A DNA stretch of 64,000 bases from a virus (taxonomy: Duplodnaviria > Caudoviricetes): IMG/VR virus record IMGVR_UViG_3300008259_002957; one strand, written 5' to 3'. The translations under genes were made by a program, and so were the position numbers. How positions within the stretch are numbered: the stretch's first letter is position 1; each line of letters starts with the position of its first letter. The notes beneath the pieces were generated by a model. The model worked only from the letters and a program-made list of their open reading frames with translations. It had not been told where the DNA came from and did no database searches. Positions 1 to 11,145 of the stretch are shown here, in pieces.

Positions 1-2
1 AC

Positions 3-3000
3 ACAGTTTATAGTACTAAAAAAATATACGATCCAGTTGCTGGCAGTTTTAGAACAAAGTATTACTATTGGGTTAAGAGCAAGCGTATTGTTCCGACAAA
101 TATCCTAAGAAGCATTTCTGCATTTGATGTTGAACAGTTGATTGCAGACCCAGCAGGGCAGGGTTATAGATTTGCCGCAATCATCGGCGAGGACAGTTTT
201 GCACTTTATAATCTAAAGAACTTTGTTGAAGGTACAAATACTGTACTTCACTTTACATTCTTAAAAGATGCAGAATTACAAACCAACATTCACAGCGAAT
301 ACCAACTTCTCACCGAAGGTCTTGGTACAAGTAAGATTAATTCAGAAATTGAACAAAAGTGGTTCGACAGTTTAATTGGTTACGATATAAACAATAAAAC
401 AGTACCGGATCCATTGCTTTCAGCAAAACAAAAGTATGGCATTTTTAATAGACCAAGACAGAGCATGTTTATAAACAGACTTGAAGCAGTCAAGCAGTTT
501 GTTGAAAGAGTCAACAGTGTATTAATTCAGTATCAAATTGTTGATAACTTTGATATATCAAACTTGTTAGCAGTTGACGAAAAGCCAAGTATCAATACTG
601 GAAAGTACGACATTGTTGTAGACACAGTATTGGAACTTGATTCTGTTGGCGTGGCCAAAGTTCAACAAGCAGTTTTAACACCGATTATAGTAAATGGAAA
701 AATCACAGGCGCTACTATCGTTGATCCAGGCCGAGGCTATCGTGTAGCACCTAACATTGAGATTGATGATAACAGCGGTACAGGAGCAATTCTCAAAGCA
801 ACAATCAACAATCTAGGTCAAATTACCAGTGTATTTGTAAGATCAAGTGGCAATAACTACACCGGTAGTACTAGACTTACAGTTCGTAAATTCAGTGCTT
901 TAGTAAACGTAGACAGTGAAATTGGCGGACGTTGGGCAATTTATGTTTGGGATAAGTTAACCAAGACTTGGAGCAGATCTGACAACCAAGCATTTGACAC
1001 CACAAGATATTGGGATTATGTTGACTGGTATGCAGATGGATATAATTCTTTAACAGCAGTTGACCACGTTGTTGATCAAAGTTATGAACTGTTTGGAACA
1101 GAAGCAGACATTGGTGAAATTGTAAAAATTAACACTATCGGAACAGGCGGCTGGCTACTACTTGAAAAAATAGATAATATTCCGACTGAAGACTACACTG
1201 TTAACTATAAAACCATTGGTAGACAAAACGGAACAATACAATTAAGTACAAGATTGTATGATTATGCTACAAAGACAAGTGGATACGATGCTAACGTATT
1301 TGACATTACGTTCTATGACAGAGAACCTGTATTTGAGTTAAGAAATATATTAACAGCACTACGTGATGACATCTTTATAGGCGAACTTGAAACAGAATAC
1401 AATAGATTATTCTTTGCAGGACTACGTTATGCATTTGCAGAACAACCAAACATTGATTGGGCATTTAAAACTAGTTTTGTAAGAGCAAAGCATAACCTCG
1501 GCAGTCTAGCACAAAAAGTTACATTCCAAAATGACAATCTTGAAAACTATGAAGATTACGTCAACGAAGTTAAACCATATCATACTAAAGTAAGAGAGTA
1601 TATTAGTTCTTACGATCGTATGGAACCTACACGTTCATTGACCACTGACTTTGATTTGCCTCCTAGTTATAACGATGTAACAAAAGAGATCGAAACAAGT
1701 TATGCTAAGTTACGCAACGGCGAAGTTGTAGATTTACTTCCAAAGTATGTCGACTATCCATTTAAGAGTTGGTTAGACAACAATGGCTACGATATTGTAA
1801 GAATTGAAGTAACTGAACCTGGCAGTGGCTACAAAGAAACACCTGTGGTTGAAATTATAAACAGCAACGGTACAACAGCCAAAGCATACCTAAGCAAAGG
1901 GTCAGTGTCAACAATTGAAATTACAAATACTGGAGACAAGTATTACGTATCTCCAGAAATTGTAATCAATGGATCGCTTGAGGAAAACGGTACACCTGCT
2001 AAAGCAGTTGCTATTTTAGGAAATAGCAAAGTTCGTTCTACACATATGGTAATTAAGTTTGACAGAGTTACTGGCTCGTATCTGTACACCGATTTATCAG
2101 AAATTGAAACATTTACTGGAACAGGTGCAAAAGAAAAGTTTGTGCTAAAATGGCCGATGGACCTAAGAACCAACAAGTATTCAGTTTACGTAAACGGAAT
2201 ATTACAACTAAGCAGTAAGTATACTGTTGGCAATGACAAAGACACTACAAAGACCTATAATAGATTAATAGGTTATGTAGAATTTGTTGATGCTCCTGCA
2301 ATAGGTGCAACTGTTGAAATTAGATACGAAAAGTCTGTAGCAATGTTAACTGCCGCAGACAGAATCAATTTCTTTTATAACCCAACAACCGGTATGGCAG
2401 GTAAAGATCTAGCACAGTTGATGGACGGTATTGAATACAGTGGTGTTAAAATTGACACCTACGGATTTGGTACTGAACAGGGCTTTGATTCTGCAGGATT
2501 TGCTTCTTTGCCATGGGATACATTTGACAATCAATACGAAGACGAGATTTTTGTATTAGACGGAAGCACAAATACGTTTGAACTTTCTCAACCACTTGAG
2601 AATGATGTTGAGTATAATCTATATCTAAACGGTGTAAGACTTGACGATCCAAACTTTGAAACAAGCGGTGTTGTTACAAATCCCAATGCAGTAATGCAAA
2701 CTATTGTAGGCGATGGTATTACAACCACAGTAATAATAAACGAAGAAGCGATTACTACAATAGCCAATGATGTGATTATTATTAGAAAAGTTACCAGCGA
2801 TGGTAGTTATCAACCATCTGACAATAGTTTTGACACATCGTTGATCGGCGGTAACTTTGCTGGAACAACAGCAACTGGTATTGCAGCAGAAGATATTGTA
2901 ATCGACGGTGACGGCTTTGTTACTGCTACAACCAGTAAAGGTCCTGAAGAATTAGTACCTGGACAAATGTATGACACACTAGACATTCGTGTTTATCATA

Positions 3001-5189
3001 GAACTTCTGACGGTACTGGAATTATAGGTGTGGCAAGTTATAATATTGATGGATCAACATATACATTTGACTTGCCGTCGATACCGCAGTCCGAGGATGC
3101 TGTTATTGTTAAGATAGACAATCAATTCTTAATGCCAACACAGTATGTTATAGATTATGCAAATCATACTTTAACTTTTGAAGACAGTACTCAGTTAGTA
3201 GGGTCAGCACTGTCGATTATGACCATCGGCACAAATGGTGCTAACTTATTAGATACTGATTATTTTGTATCTGATGGATCAACCACACAGTTGCTTACCG
3301 GCATTACTTGGACTGATGAACTATCGTCCTTTGTAACCATTAATGGCAAAGTCATGATTTTAGGTTCTGATTATAGTTTAGTAAAATCAACCACTGCTGA
3401 TGGCGCTGCAAATAGAATAAAGATTGTATTTGATTCATCAGTTTTAACCGAAGGTGCATTTGTACAATACAGTTTATATAATAGCACAGTAAAGTCCTAC
3501 AGTCAAGTTTCTATAGACAAAACATTTGCTTCGGACGGAGTTGAAAATTATCACGTATTAGAATCTGAGCCATTTAACTATGATCCGATATCTCATAATA
3601 TTGTTGTAAAAATCAACAATAGAATTTTACAGCCCGGATACAGTATCTCCTATACTACTACAAGCAATAGAGTATATGATATAGAAGCATGGCAATTTGA
3701 TGACACAACTGCAATTGATAGTGCAGATGTATTGGTCTTTGCGGATCGTGTTCAACTAACAGAAGAACAATTCACATACGATCCAGTAAACGGAAGAATT
3801 GTCCTTCTAAGAAATGATATTGCAACAGCAGGAAGTAGACTTGATATCTACATTGTTAAAAATGCTGCTTATTATTTCTTGGATACAAATATTGTATTCT
3901 CAAGCAACGTTTCGACGCTGATTAGTGTGGGTGATACAGTTGAATTGACATCGGTGTTTACTGGAGATACGTATACAGCAGTAGCAATTGCTGTTCAAGC
4001 AACTGAAGTTACATTTGCATCAAAGCAGCCGGAAATCAAAGATGCTTATATAGTAGATAACGAGTTTGTAGTTTCAGTAGGAAGCAGTAGTATTACAACA
4101 CAAATTGAAACAGTTGAATATGTACTAAGTAAAAATCTAACATTTGTAATTCCGCCTAGTTCTGGAGAAACAGTTGAAATATATCAATTCAGCAATCACG
4201 ATATAAACAATTTTGAAAGAATTACATATACCGTTGTGCCAGATGCAGTTATACCAATTGACTCTCCTGACTATATAAAGCGTAATTTGATAAGCAGTGG
4301 TTATATACCTTTAAGAGGAAATATTTCTAGTGCAAATTATGCTTGGGTAGCAGTAAACGAAGTATTGTTAACTCCTAACGTTGATTATGCTCTAGTAGAA
4401 TCTAAAAATGCAATACAACTGGTTAATAGCCTTTCAGCAAACGATGTAGTTGATGTAATACAATTTGGTAACACACCAATTACACAAAGATTTGGTTATA
4501 GAATTTTCAAAGATATGCTAAACAGAACACACTACAAGAGACTTAATCAAAAAAACAGTTATGTTCTTGCATCGCCGTTAAATTGGTATGATGTTAGAAT
4601 ATTACTAGATGACGTTACAGGAATGTTTGTTCCAAACAGAGCACAAAATATTCCAGGTGTTGTCTTTGTTGAAGGCGAAAGAATTGAATACTTTGAAATC
4701 AACGGAAATGCTCTTCTACAGTTACGTAGAGGTACACTAGGAACTGGTGTAAAAGACATTTATGCAACAGGGACAATAGCACAAGGTCAAGGACCCAACG
4801 AGACAGTTAACTATAATGACAACTTCTTGATTCAAACTATCAGAACCAACGACAGCACAACAACAACTGAATATTCTCTAAACTTTGTTCCACAAAGTGT
4901 AAATGAAATTGAGGTGTTTGTTGCTGGTAGAAGACTAAGAAAAACAACGTTGTCTGTGTATAATGCAGCATTAAACTTAGACAGTAACGAAGCAGATGTA
5001 GTATTGCCGGCAGAATACACTGTTAACAACGGTAATCTTATACTTGCAATTGCTCCTCCTAATGATGTTGATATTAGAATAGTTAGAAAACTAGGAAGAA
5101 CTTGGGTTGATTCTGGGGAGTCTTTGACAACGTCTGAGAACAGCATCGCAAGATTCTTGCGTGAAGCAACAATACAGTTACCTAAATAA
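3..5189 (+). CDS. Very large virion structural protein (baseplate/tail-associated), 5'-truncated by the window edge
   Basis: The frame of the 138..5189 ORF stays open back to base 3 (TVYSTKKIYDPVAGSF...), so the gene starts before the window. It has beta-rich repeats such as GATIVDPGRGYRVAPNIEI and IEVTEPGSGYKETPVVEI, as seen in myophage baseplate proteins, and it lies upstream of tail-fibre genes. Confidence 0.65.
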   Translation, partial: TVYSTKKIYDPVAGSFRTKYYYWVKSKRIVPTNILRSISAFDVEQLIADPAGQGYRFAAIIGEDSFALYNLKNFVEGTNTVLHFTFLKDAELQTNIHSEYQLLTEGLGTSKINSEIEQKWFDSLIGYDINNKTVPDPLLSAKQKYGIFNRPRQSMFINRLEAVKQFVERVNSVLIQYQIVDNFDISNLLAVDEKPSINTGKYDIVVDTVLELDSVGVAKVQQAVLTPIIVNGKITGATIVDPGRGYRVAPNIEIDDNSGTGAILKATINNLGQITSVFVRSSGNNYTGSTRLTVRKFSALVNVDSEIGGRWAIYVWDKLTKTWSRSDNQAFDTTRYWDYVDWYADGYNSLTAVDHVVDQSYELFGTEADIGEIVKINTIGTGGWLLLEKIDNIPTEDYTVNYKTIGRQNGTIQLSTRLYDYATKTSGYDANVFDITFYDREPVFELRNILTALRDDIFIGELETEYNRLFFAGLRYAFAEQPNIDWAFKTSFVRAKHNLGSLAQKVTFQNDNLENYEDYVNEVKPYHTKVREYISSYDRMEPTRSLTTDFDLPPSYNDVTKEIETSYAKLRNGEVVDLLPKYVDYPFKSWLDNNGYDIVRIEVTEPGSGYKETPVVEIINSNGTTAKAYLSKGSVSTIEITNTGDKYYVSPEIVINGSLEENGTPAKAVAILGNSKVRSTHMVIKFDRVTGSYLYTDLSEIETFTGTGAKEKFVLKWPMDLRTNKYSVYVNGILQLSSKYTVGNDKDTTKTYNRLIGYVEFVDAPAIGATVEIRYEKSVAMLTAADRINFFYNPTTGMAGKDLAQLMDGIEYSGVKIDTYGFGTEQGFDSAGFASLPWDTFDNQYEDEIFVLDGSTNTFELSQPLENDVEYNLYLNGVRLDDPNFETSGVVTNPNAVMQTIVGDGITTTVIINEEAITTIANDVIIIRKVTSDGSYQPSDNSFDTSLIGGNFAGTTATGIAAEDIVIDGDGFVTATTSKGPEELVPGQMYDTLDIRVYHRTSDGTGIIGVASYNIDGSTYTFDLPSIPQSEDAVIVKIDNQFLMPTQYVIDYANHTLTFEDSTQLVGSALSIMTIGTNGANLLDTDYFVSDGSTTQLLTGITWTDELSSFVTINGKVMILGSDYSLVKSTTADGAANRIKIVFDSSVLTEGAFVQYSLYNSTVKSYSQVSIDKTFASDGVENYHVLESEPFNYDPISHNIVVKINNRILQPGYSISYTTTSNRVYDIEAWQFDDTTAIDSADVLVFADRVQLTEEQFTYDPVNGRIVLLRNDIATAGSRLDIYIVKNAAYYFLDTNIVFSSNVSTLISVGDTVELTSVFTGDTYTAVAIAVQATEVTFASKQPEIKDAYIVDNEFVVSVGSSSITTQIETVEYVLSKNLTFVIPPSSGETVEIYQFSNHDINNFERITYTVVPDAVIPIDSPDYIKRNLISSGYIPLRGNISSANYAWVAVNEVLLTPNVDYALVESKNAIQLVNSLSANDVVDVIQFGNTPITQRFGYRIFKDMLNRTHYKRLNQKNSYVLASPLNWYDVRILLDDVTGMFVPNRAQNIPGVVFVEGERIEYFEINGNALLQLRRGTLGTGVKDIYATGTIAQGQGPNETVNYNDNFLIQTIRTNDSTTTTEYSLNFVPQSVNEIEVFVAGRRLRKTTLSVYNAALNLDSNEADVVLPAEYTVNNGNLILAIAPPNDVDIRIVRKLGRTWVDSGESLTTSENSIARFLREATIQLPK

Positions 5190-5192
5190 ATA
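5183..5192 (+). promoter_or_regulatory. T4-type late promoter-like element (TAAATAAATA)
   Basis: Two overlapping TAAATA hexamers at the stop of the large structural gene, followed by AGGTGG (SD-like) and ATG 5210. Confidence 0.6.
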
Positions 5193-5209
5193 CAGTATAG
5201 GTGGTAAGA

Positions 5210-5821
5210 ATGACAAATTTAAAAGATTTTAATGGAATACATGTTGAAGGTCATATTAAGATTTTTGATCCAATATCTGGTGAAACTTTCATTAATAAGA
5301 GAAATGCAATACATTACGAAAATATGAGTATTGCTCTAGCAGAGAGTTTATCAAATGCAGGGCAAGGATTTATATATGAAATGAGTTTTGGAAACGGTGG
5401 AACAAACGTCGATCCAACTGGTATTATTACATACCTAACTCCTAACACAACTGGCACAAATGCAAGTCTGTATAATCAAACATATAACAAAGTAGTTGAT
5501 GATAGAAGTGTTAACAACATTGATCCGTCTAGAAACAAAACAGAAATACGTCACGTATCTGGTACAAACTATACTGATATTCTTGTTAGTTGTTTGCTAG
5601 ATTATGGCGAACCAGATGGCCAAGATGCGTTTGATACTGCGGCAGATACCAATGGTTTATATGTTTTTGACGAATTAGGTTTACGTAGTTATAGTAGTTC
5701 GGGATCAGGAAGATTACTAACTCATGTTATTTTCCACCCTGTACAAAAAAGTTTGAATAGACTTATACAGATTGACTACACTGTAAGAGTACAAAGCCTT
5801 AGCGGATTTAACGAGGTATAA
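5210..5821 (+). CDS. Conserved-looking phage structural protein (tail/baseplate region), function unknown
   Basis: ORF of about 203 aa; ATG 5210 is preferred over GTG 5201 because of the SD spacing. It sits between the baseplate-like gene and the fibre genes. Confidence 0.55.
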   Translation: MTNLKDFNGIHVEGHIKIFDPISGETFINKRNAIHYENMSIALAESLSNAGQGFIYEMSFGNGGTNVDPTGIITYLTPNTTGTNASLYNQTYNKVVDDRSVNNIDPSRNKTEIRHVSGTNYTDILVSCLLDYGEPDGQDAFDTAADTNGLYVFDELGLRSYSSSGSGRLLTHVIFHPVQKSLNRLIQIDYTVRVQSLSGFNEV

Positions 5822-5823
5822 TA

Positions 5824-7824
5824 ATGGCCGAATATCAAGTAGATTTTACTGACAGTGTAAACAAGGGTAGTATAATAGTAGACGACGGAACTACTAATTC
5901 AACCGATACTAGTTTAGTATTTCCTGGAAGAAACTTTGCTAACTATGGCAAAATAGTTAACGAAAACTTTTTACATTTGTTAGAAAATTTTGCTAACAAT
6001 ACTGCTCCTGTAAATCCTATCGAAGGACAACTTTGGTACGACAATACCGATGGAATTGATCAGTTAAAAATTTACGATGGCACTCAATGGGTTAGTGCCG
6101 GCGGCCTTAAAAAAGCAAACTCCGAACCCGAAGCATCTAGTAGTATTCTAGGCGATCTTTGGGTTGATACTGCTAACAAACAACTTTACATTTACTCGGG
6201 CTCTGGGTGGATATTAGTTGGACCGGATTATTCAGAAGGCGCATCAACCGGTGCAAAATTTGTCAATGTAGTTTCAACTACTAATGTTGAAAATCCAGTG
6301 ATTATTAACTATGTAAACAATATTCCAGTTTCTATTATTAGCAATACTGAGTTTACACCTAAATTAACTATAAGCGGATTTGGCATAATAAGAATTGGTG
6401 TTAATTTAAGATCAAATGCAAAGTATTATGGTACAGCCGAAAAAGCCGAAACACTTTTAGTAAGTGGAACACCAACTGAAGGTGCGCTGTTTGCAAGATT
6501 AAATGCCAGTAACGTGTTTGACAGATCTATACGTATCAACAACAATGGCGGACTAATAATTGGCGAAAACCAAACACTTGCATTATCAATTGCCGGAAGT
6601 GTAGCAGAAATTAGAAATATTGCAAACGACGGCAGTATTGATTTTAAAGTCAACAGCAGCGGAACATCTCTAACTGCTATGAGAATTTTTAACAATACAA
6701 AAATTACCATTGGTAGTAATAAAATACCTACTGAGGCATTAGATGTAGTTGGAAATATTAAAACCAGTGGAACAGTAACAATATTAAATTCAGATGCAAT
6801 TGCAACAGCCTTATCCGTATCAGGCAGTGCAACAGTAAGCGAAAACTTGTCTGTTACTGGAACAATTACTGTAGGCGGCGACTTAACAACAGATGACATT
6901 TTGCCTTCGGTAACTGGAATAAAAAACATAGGTACCAATGCATTAAAATACAACAACATCTATGCTAACAGCGTTTACGGTTCGTTTGTAGGAAACGTTA
7001 CTGGTAATCTAACTGGAACTGCTACAACTGCGGGCAAATTAAGTAGCCCAACTACATTTCAAATGTCTGGGGACGTAATTGCATCATCGTTTACTTTTGA
7101 CGGGCAAGTTGGCGGAAGTACAAAAACATTCACAACAACACTGAACTCAACATTTTTAACAGATAAAACTCAAGTTACTACAGTTGAAACAACTGACGAA
7201 ATTTTAATTAACAGACCAGGAACAGGTCTGCGAAAAATAGAACAAGAAGATTTAGTTAGTAAAATTCCTAATACTGCTCAAGGTCCGATAATGCCAATTG
7301 GTACAATTTTACCATACGGTGGAACAGTAGCACCTCCAGGGTTCTTTATATGTGATGGTACAGAAAGACCGATATCAACCTATTCGGCATTACATGCAAT
7401 AATTGGTACAAACTTTGGAGTAGGTACGTCAATTACTTTTAAATTGCCAGATTTTAGAGGAAGAACATTGCTTGGTTGGTTGTATGATGCTGGTAATACT
7501 TTGCCTAACCCAACCGGTGCATTTGTTGATGTAACTGAAAATACTGTAGGTTTAGTAGGCGGATCTGAGTCAGCACTGATTACAGACTCACAACTGCCTA
7601 ACCACAGTCATAGTTTACAAAGTGACGCAGGTACACAATTCTATGCAACAACTAATTCATCGGTGTCTGAACCAAATACTGCATCGATTTCAATAGTAGG
7701 TGGCAACGCTGGTACAGGATTTACTAGAACTGCTGGCATTAGTGATTATACAACACAAGATGAGTTTTCAACAGTGTCGCCTTATGTAACTGTCAACTTT
7801 ATCATCTATCATGGAGTCTTTTAA
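5824..7824 (+). CDS. Tail fibre protein with C-terminal phage tail-collar domain
   Basis: C-terminal MPIGTILPYGGTVAPPGFFICDG...FKLPDFRGR...PYVTVNFII matches the tail-collar signature. The N-terminal module is shared with the next two genes. Confidence 0.8.
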   Translation: MAEYQVDFTDSVNKGSIIVDDGTTNSTDTSLVFPGRNFANYGKIVNENFLHLLENFANNTAPVNPIEGQLWYDNTDGIDQLKIYDGTQWVSAGGLKKANSEPEASSSILGDLWVDTANKQLYIYSGSGWILVGPDYSEGASTGAKFVNVVSTTNVENPVIINYVNNIPVSIISNTEFTPKLTISGFGIIRIGVNLRSNAKYYGTAEKAETLLVSGTPTEGALFARLNASNVFDRSIRINNNGGLIIGENQTLALSIAGSVAEIRNIANDGSIDFKVNSSGTSLTAMRIFNNTKITIGSNKIPTEALDVVGNIKTSGTVTILNSDAIATALSVSGSATVSENLSVTGTITVGGDLTTDDILPSVTGIKNIGTNALKYNNIYANSVYGSFVGNVTGNLTGTATTAGKLSSPTTFQMSGDVIASSFTFDGQVGGSTKTFTTTLNSTFLTDKTQVTTVETTDEILINRPGTGLRKIEQEDLVSKIPNTAQGPIMPIGTILPYGGTVAPPGFFICDGTERPISTYSALHAIIGTNFGVGTSITFKLPDFRGRTLLGWLYDAGNTLPNPTGAFVDVTENTVGLVGGSESALITDSQLPNHSHSLQSDAGTQFYATTNSSVSEPNTASISIVGGNAGTGFTRTAGISDYTTQDEFSTVSPYVTVNFIIYHGVF

Positions 7825-9623
7825 TGAGTTATAAAATTAATAAAACCGATGGCGCATTATTAGTTGATCTGGTTGATGGAAGAATAGACATTGACACAAC
7901 TGACTTAACTCTTGTAGGACGTAACTATACAGGGTATGGTGAAAGATTTAATGAAAATTTTATAAAACTACTTGAAAACTTTGCAAATACTGCCGCACCA
8001 GCAAATCCACTAGAAGGTCAACTTTGGTACGACACATCCGAAGGTAGACTAAAAATATTCAACGGTACTATTTTTAGATCAACAGATACTACAGTAGTTT
8101 CTGCAACCGAGCCTGAGTTGTTAGCAGGCGACATCTGGATTGATTCTGCAACTCAACAAATCAAGTTTAGTGATGGCAATAACGTTATCTTAGCAGGACC
8201 TATCTATACATTTGCTCAAGGCGTTACTGGATTTGACGTTCAGACAGTTGTAGATAGATTTGGAAATCCAAGAACAGTTGCAAGATTAATGATAGGCGGT
8301 GCACCGGTTGCACTAATCAGCAGTATAGATTTTATTGCTGCACAAAGTATAGCAAACTTTGGAACAAATATACAAGCCGGCGTTAACATAAGTTCTGTGT
8401 ATCCTGATTTTAGATTTATAGGAACAGCAGAGTTTGCAACATCACTGGTTGATAGTTTAGGCGATGAATTTACACCTGACGATTTTTTAAAGATTGCTGC
8501 AAATAATACTGCAACAGGATCATTGCATGTAAAAAATGATAATGGAATAATAATAGGTGACGACAGTGACTATGTTATCAAAGTTGAGGGTATAAGCACA
8601 GTTAACAGAGCACAACTAAACGGCTCTGATGTTAAGTTTCAAATAAATCAATCTTCGACAATTGTTGATTATTTTACAATTGACAACAGTACTTCTCGAA
8701 TTGGTGTATGGCAATCTAACCCTCAATTTGGATTTGATGTCAATACTAATGTTAGAATTACAGGAAACCTACAAGTTGACGGTACAACATCGTATTTTGA
8801 TGTTACAAATTTACGAGTAGAAGATAAAACAATCGAACTTGCAATTACATCAGATAGTACATTGTTACCAGAAAGTTCACTCGATGGTGCAGGTGTAATT
8901 GTAAAAGCAACAGGAAATGACAAGTCTATAACTTGGAACTTAACCTATGATACTTGGGATAGTTCTACACATTGGAACGTACCAACCGGATATGCATACA
9001 AAGTTGGCTATAATACTGTTTTAACAGAAACAGGATTAGGGTCATCTGTTGTTAACAGTAGTTTAACAAGTGTAGGAACACTAACCAGTTTAAATGTAGA
9101 CAACATCAATTTAAACAACGCAACTATTACAACTACTACAAATCCGTTGGTAATTGCAAGTGCTGGCGATATAAGCATTACTAGCAGCAGAAAAATATAC
9201 GGAGTAGGTTCTCCTGATATTTCTGATTCGCCTGATTATGTTGCTACAAAAGGCTATGTTGACGATAAAACCTTAGAAGCACCTGTTTATCTTTCGTTGG
9301 ACATTACAGGTTTAAGCAACAGTCAAATTGCATCGGTTATAAATGATTTGGCACCGTCGCTTACAAAAAACATTGGTGTGTATGCTTATGTACATTGTGT
9401 TCAATACAGCGGATCTATAGAATATAATGCAAGCGATGCAATTTCAAAGTCTTTTATAGCAGTAGACAAAAATGGTACAGAAAATCAGTCAGTACTTGCT
9501 GACGTAAGTTTTTCTAATGTAACGGAAACAGTATCACTATCTGTGTCAAGAAGTTTAAAGCGTTTTGTTGTTAATGGTTCAGGTAACTGGGCCTACGACA
9601 CAGATCTTGTTTCGAGTGTTTAA
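7824..9623 (+). CDS. Tail fibre-like protein
   Basis: Shared N-terminal module (LVGRNYTGYG..NENF..LLENFAN..AP..P.EGQLWYD); contains SSLTSVGTLTSL and YVATKGYVD, motifs common in fibres. Confidence 0.7.
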   Translation: MSYKINKTDGALLVDLVDGRIDIDTTDLTLVGRNYTGYGERFNENFIKLLENFANTAAPANPLEGQLWYDTSEGRLKIFNGTIFRSTDTTVVSATEPELLAGDIWIDSATQQIKFSDGNNVILAGPIYTFAQGVTGFDVQTVVDRFGNPRTVARLMIGGAPVALISSIDFIAAQSIANFGTNIQAGVNISSVYPDFRFIGTAEFATSLVDSLGDEFTPDDFLKIAANNTATGSLHVKNDNGIIIGDDSDYVIKVEGISTVNRAQLNGSDVKFQINQSSTIVDYFTIDNSTSRIGVWQSNPQFGFDVNTNVRITGNLQVDGTTSYFDVTNLRVEDKTIELAITSDSTLLPESSLDGAGVIVKATGNDKSITWNLTYDTWDSSTHWNVPTGYAYKVGYNTVLTETGLGSSVVNSSLTSVGTLTSLNVDNINLNNATITTTTNPLVIASAGDISITSSRKIYGVGSPDISDSPDYVATKGYVDDKTLEAPVYLSLDITGLSNSQIASVINDLAPSLTKNIGVYAYVHCVQYSGSIEYNASDAISKSFIAVDKNGTENQSVLADVSFSNVTETVSLSVSRSLKRFVVNGSGNWAYDTDLVSSV

Positions 9624-9627
9624 TAGG

Positions 9628-9633
9628 TAAATA
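9628..9633 (+). promoter_or_regulatory. Late promoter-like TAAATA
   Basis: Lies in the intergenic gap upstream of ATG 9662. Confidence 0.5.
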
Positions 9634-9661
9634 TTAGTGTTGCAAAGGGGTTGTTCCATAA

Positions 9662-11116
9662 ATGGCATATATTATTAACAGATACAACGGTACAGTTTTA
9701 ACTACAGTAGAAGACGGTACAATTAATCAAACTACTGAAGTGAAATTTGTCGGTAAGAATTTTGCCGGATATGGCGAATCACAAAATGAAAACTTTTTAT
9801 TCTTATTAGAAAACTTTGCTAACTCTGTAGCACCAACAAAGCCAATCAGCGGTATGCTATGGTATGATAGTGCAACAAGTAAAATAAAAGTATATGACGG
9901 ATCAAAGTGGAAAACCACAGGCGGCTCAGAAGTTAGTAGTACTGCACCAACTGGATTAGTCGAAGGCGACCTTTGGTGGAACAGTTCTACAAATCAACTT
10001 TATGCTAGAAATTCATCAAACGAGTGGGTGTTAGTAGGACCGCAAAGTGCAGGTACCGGTGTAACTCAAATGAGAAGTTTAACAGTTACAGATACACTCG
10101 GGGTGCAACATGCAATTATCCTAGCAACAGTCGATGATGAGGTTGTTTACATTATCAGCAAAGACGAATTTACTATATCACTAGCAGATACAATCGAAGG
10201 ATTTGACTCGGTTAAAAAAGGTCTTACCTTAATTAATACAAAAGCATCAACCAATGGTGTAACAACATCTGATCATAGATATTGGGGCACTGCTTCAAAT
10301 GCGTTGAGATTAGCAGGACGTCCTGCGTCGGATTATTTAACAACCGACAATGTTATATTTACTGGGATTGTTAAGTTTGGCGACGTAGGATATACATTAG
10401 GCAACGACGATGATTTAATTGTTAACATCGACTCGGATACTTCAACTCCGCAAATAAAATTAGTTAGAAATGCATTACGTTTTAGATCTAGCACTGATGT
10501 GCTAGTATCTACAATTACCAACACTGGAATAGCACCGGGCGCAAATAATACATTTAATTTAGGTGCTTCGGGTAATGCATGGGCAAATGTATATGCTACT
10601 AACCTTGTAGGTACTGCAACTGAAGCAGGATTGTTAACAGTGGGTGGCACAGGAAGATCTGCATCAACCTCTGCAACTGCAAACACCGTTGCAGCAAGAG
10701 ACAGCAGCGGTAACTTGACAGCAGTTGTGTTTAATGGTACTGCAACTAAAGCCAGATACGCTGACCTTGCAGAAAAGTATACAACAGAACAAGAATGGCC
10801 AGTTGGAACAGCAATGGCAGTTTGCAAACACAGTGAACACGAAACTTGTCCGGCTACAGCAAGTGATTTAGCAATCGGTGTAATTTCCGAAAAGCCTGCA
10901 TACTTGATGAATAGCGAACTTGAGAACGGCCAAGCAATTGCACTTAAAGGTCGTGTACCGGTAAGAATAGTAGGCCCAGTTAAAAAAGGTCAAGCAGTTT
11001 ATGCTTGGGATGCAGGCGTTTGCACTACAATGGCAACAACTGCATTAATTGGAGTAGCATTAGAGACCAACGATTCAACTGACGAAAAGTTAGTCGAGTG
11101 TGTTCTTAAAGTATAA
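9662..11116 (+). CDS. Tail fibre/spike-like protein with C-terminal intramolecular-chaperone (peptidase G2-like) domain
   Basis: Shared N-terminal module; C-terminal ARYADLAEKY...IGVISEKPAYLMN...ALKGRVPVRIVGPVKKG. Confidence 0.7.
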   Translation: MAYIINRYNGTVLTTVEDGTINQTTEVKFVGKNFAGYGESQNENFLFLLENFANSVAPTKPISGMLWYDSATSKIKVYDGSKWKTTGGSEVSSTAPTGLVEGDLWWNSSTNQLYARNSSNEWVLVGPQSAGTGVTQMRSLTVTDTLGVQHAIILATVDDEVVYIISKDEFTISLADTIEGFDSVKKGLTLINTKASTNGVTTSDHRYWGTASNALRLAGRPASDYLTTDNVIFTGIVKFGDVGYTLGNDDDLIVNIDSDTSTPQIKLVRNALRFRSSTDVLVSTITNTGIAPGANNTFNLGASGNAWANVYATNLVGTATEAGLLTVGGTGRSASTSATANTVAARDSSGNLTAVVFNGTATKARYADLAEKYTTEQEWPVGTAMAVCKHSEHETCPATASDLAIGVISEKPAYLMNSELENGQAIALKGRVPVRIVGPVKKGQAVYAWDAGVCTTMATTALIGVALETNDSTDEKLVECVLKV

Positions 11117-11119
11117 ATA
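11112..11119 (+). promoter_or_regulatory. T4 late promoter consensus TATAAATA
   Basis: Exact octamer overlapping the stop of 9662..11116, followed by AGGA and ATG 11146. Confidence 0.7.
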
Positions 11120-11145
11120 AAACTAGCAGTTTATAGGAATAAGTA

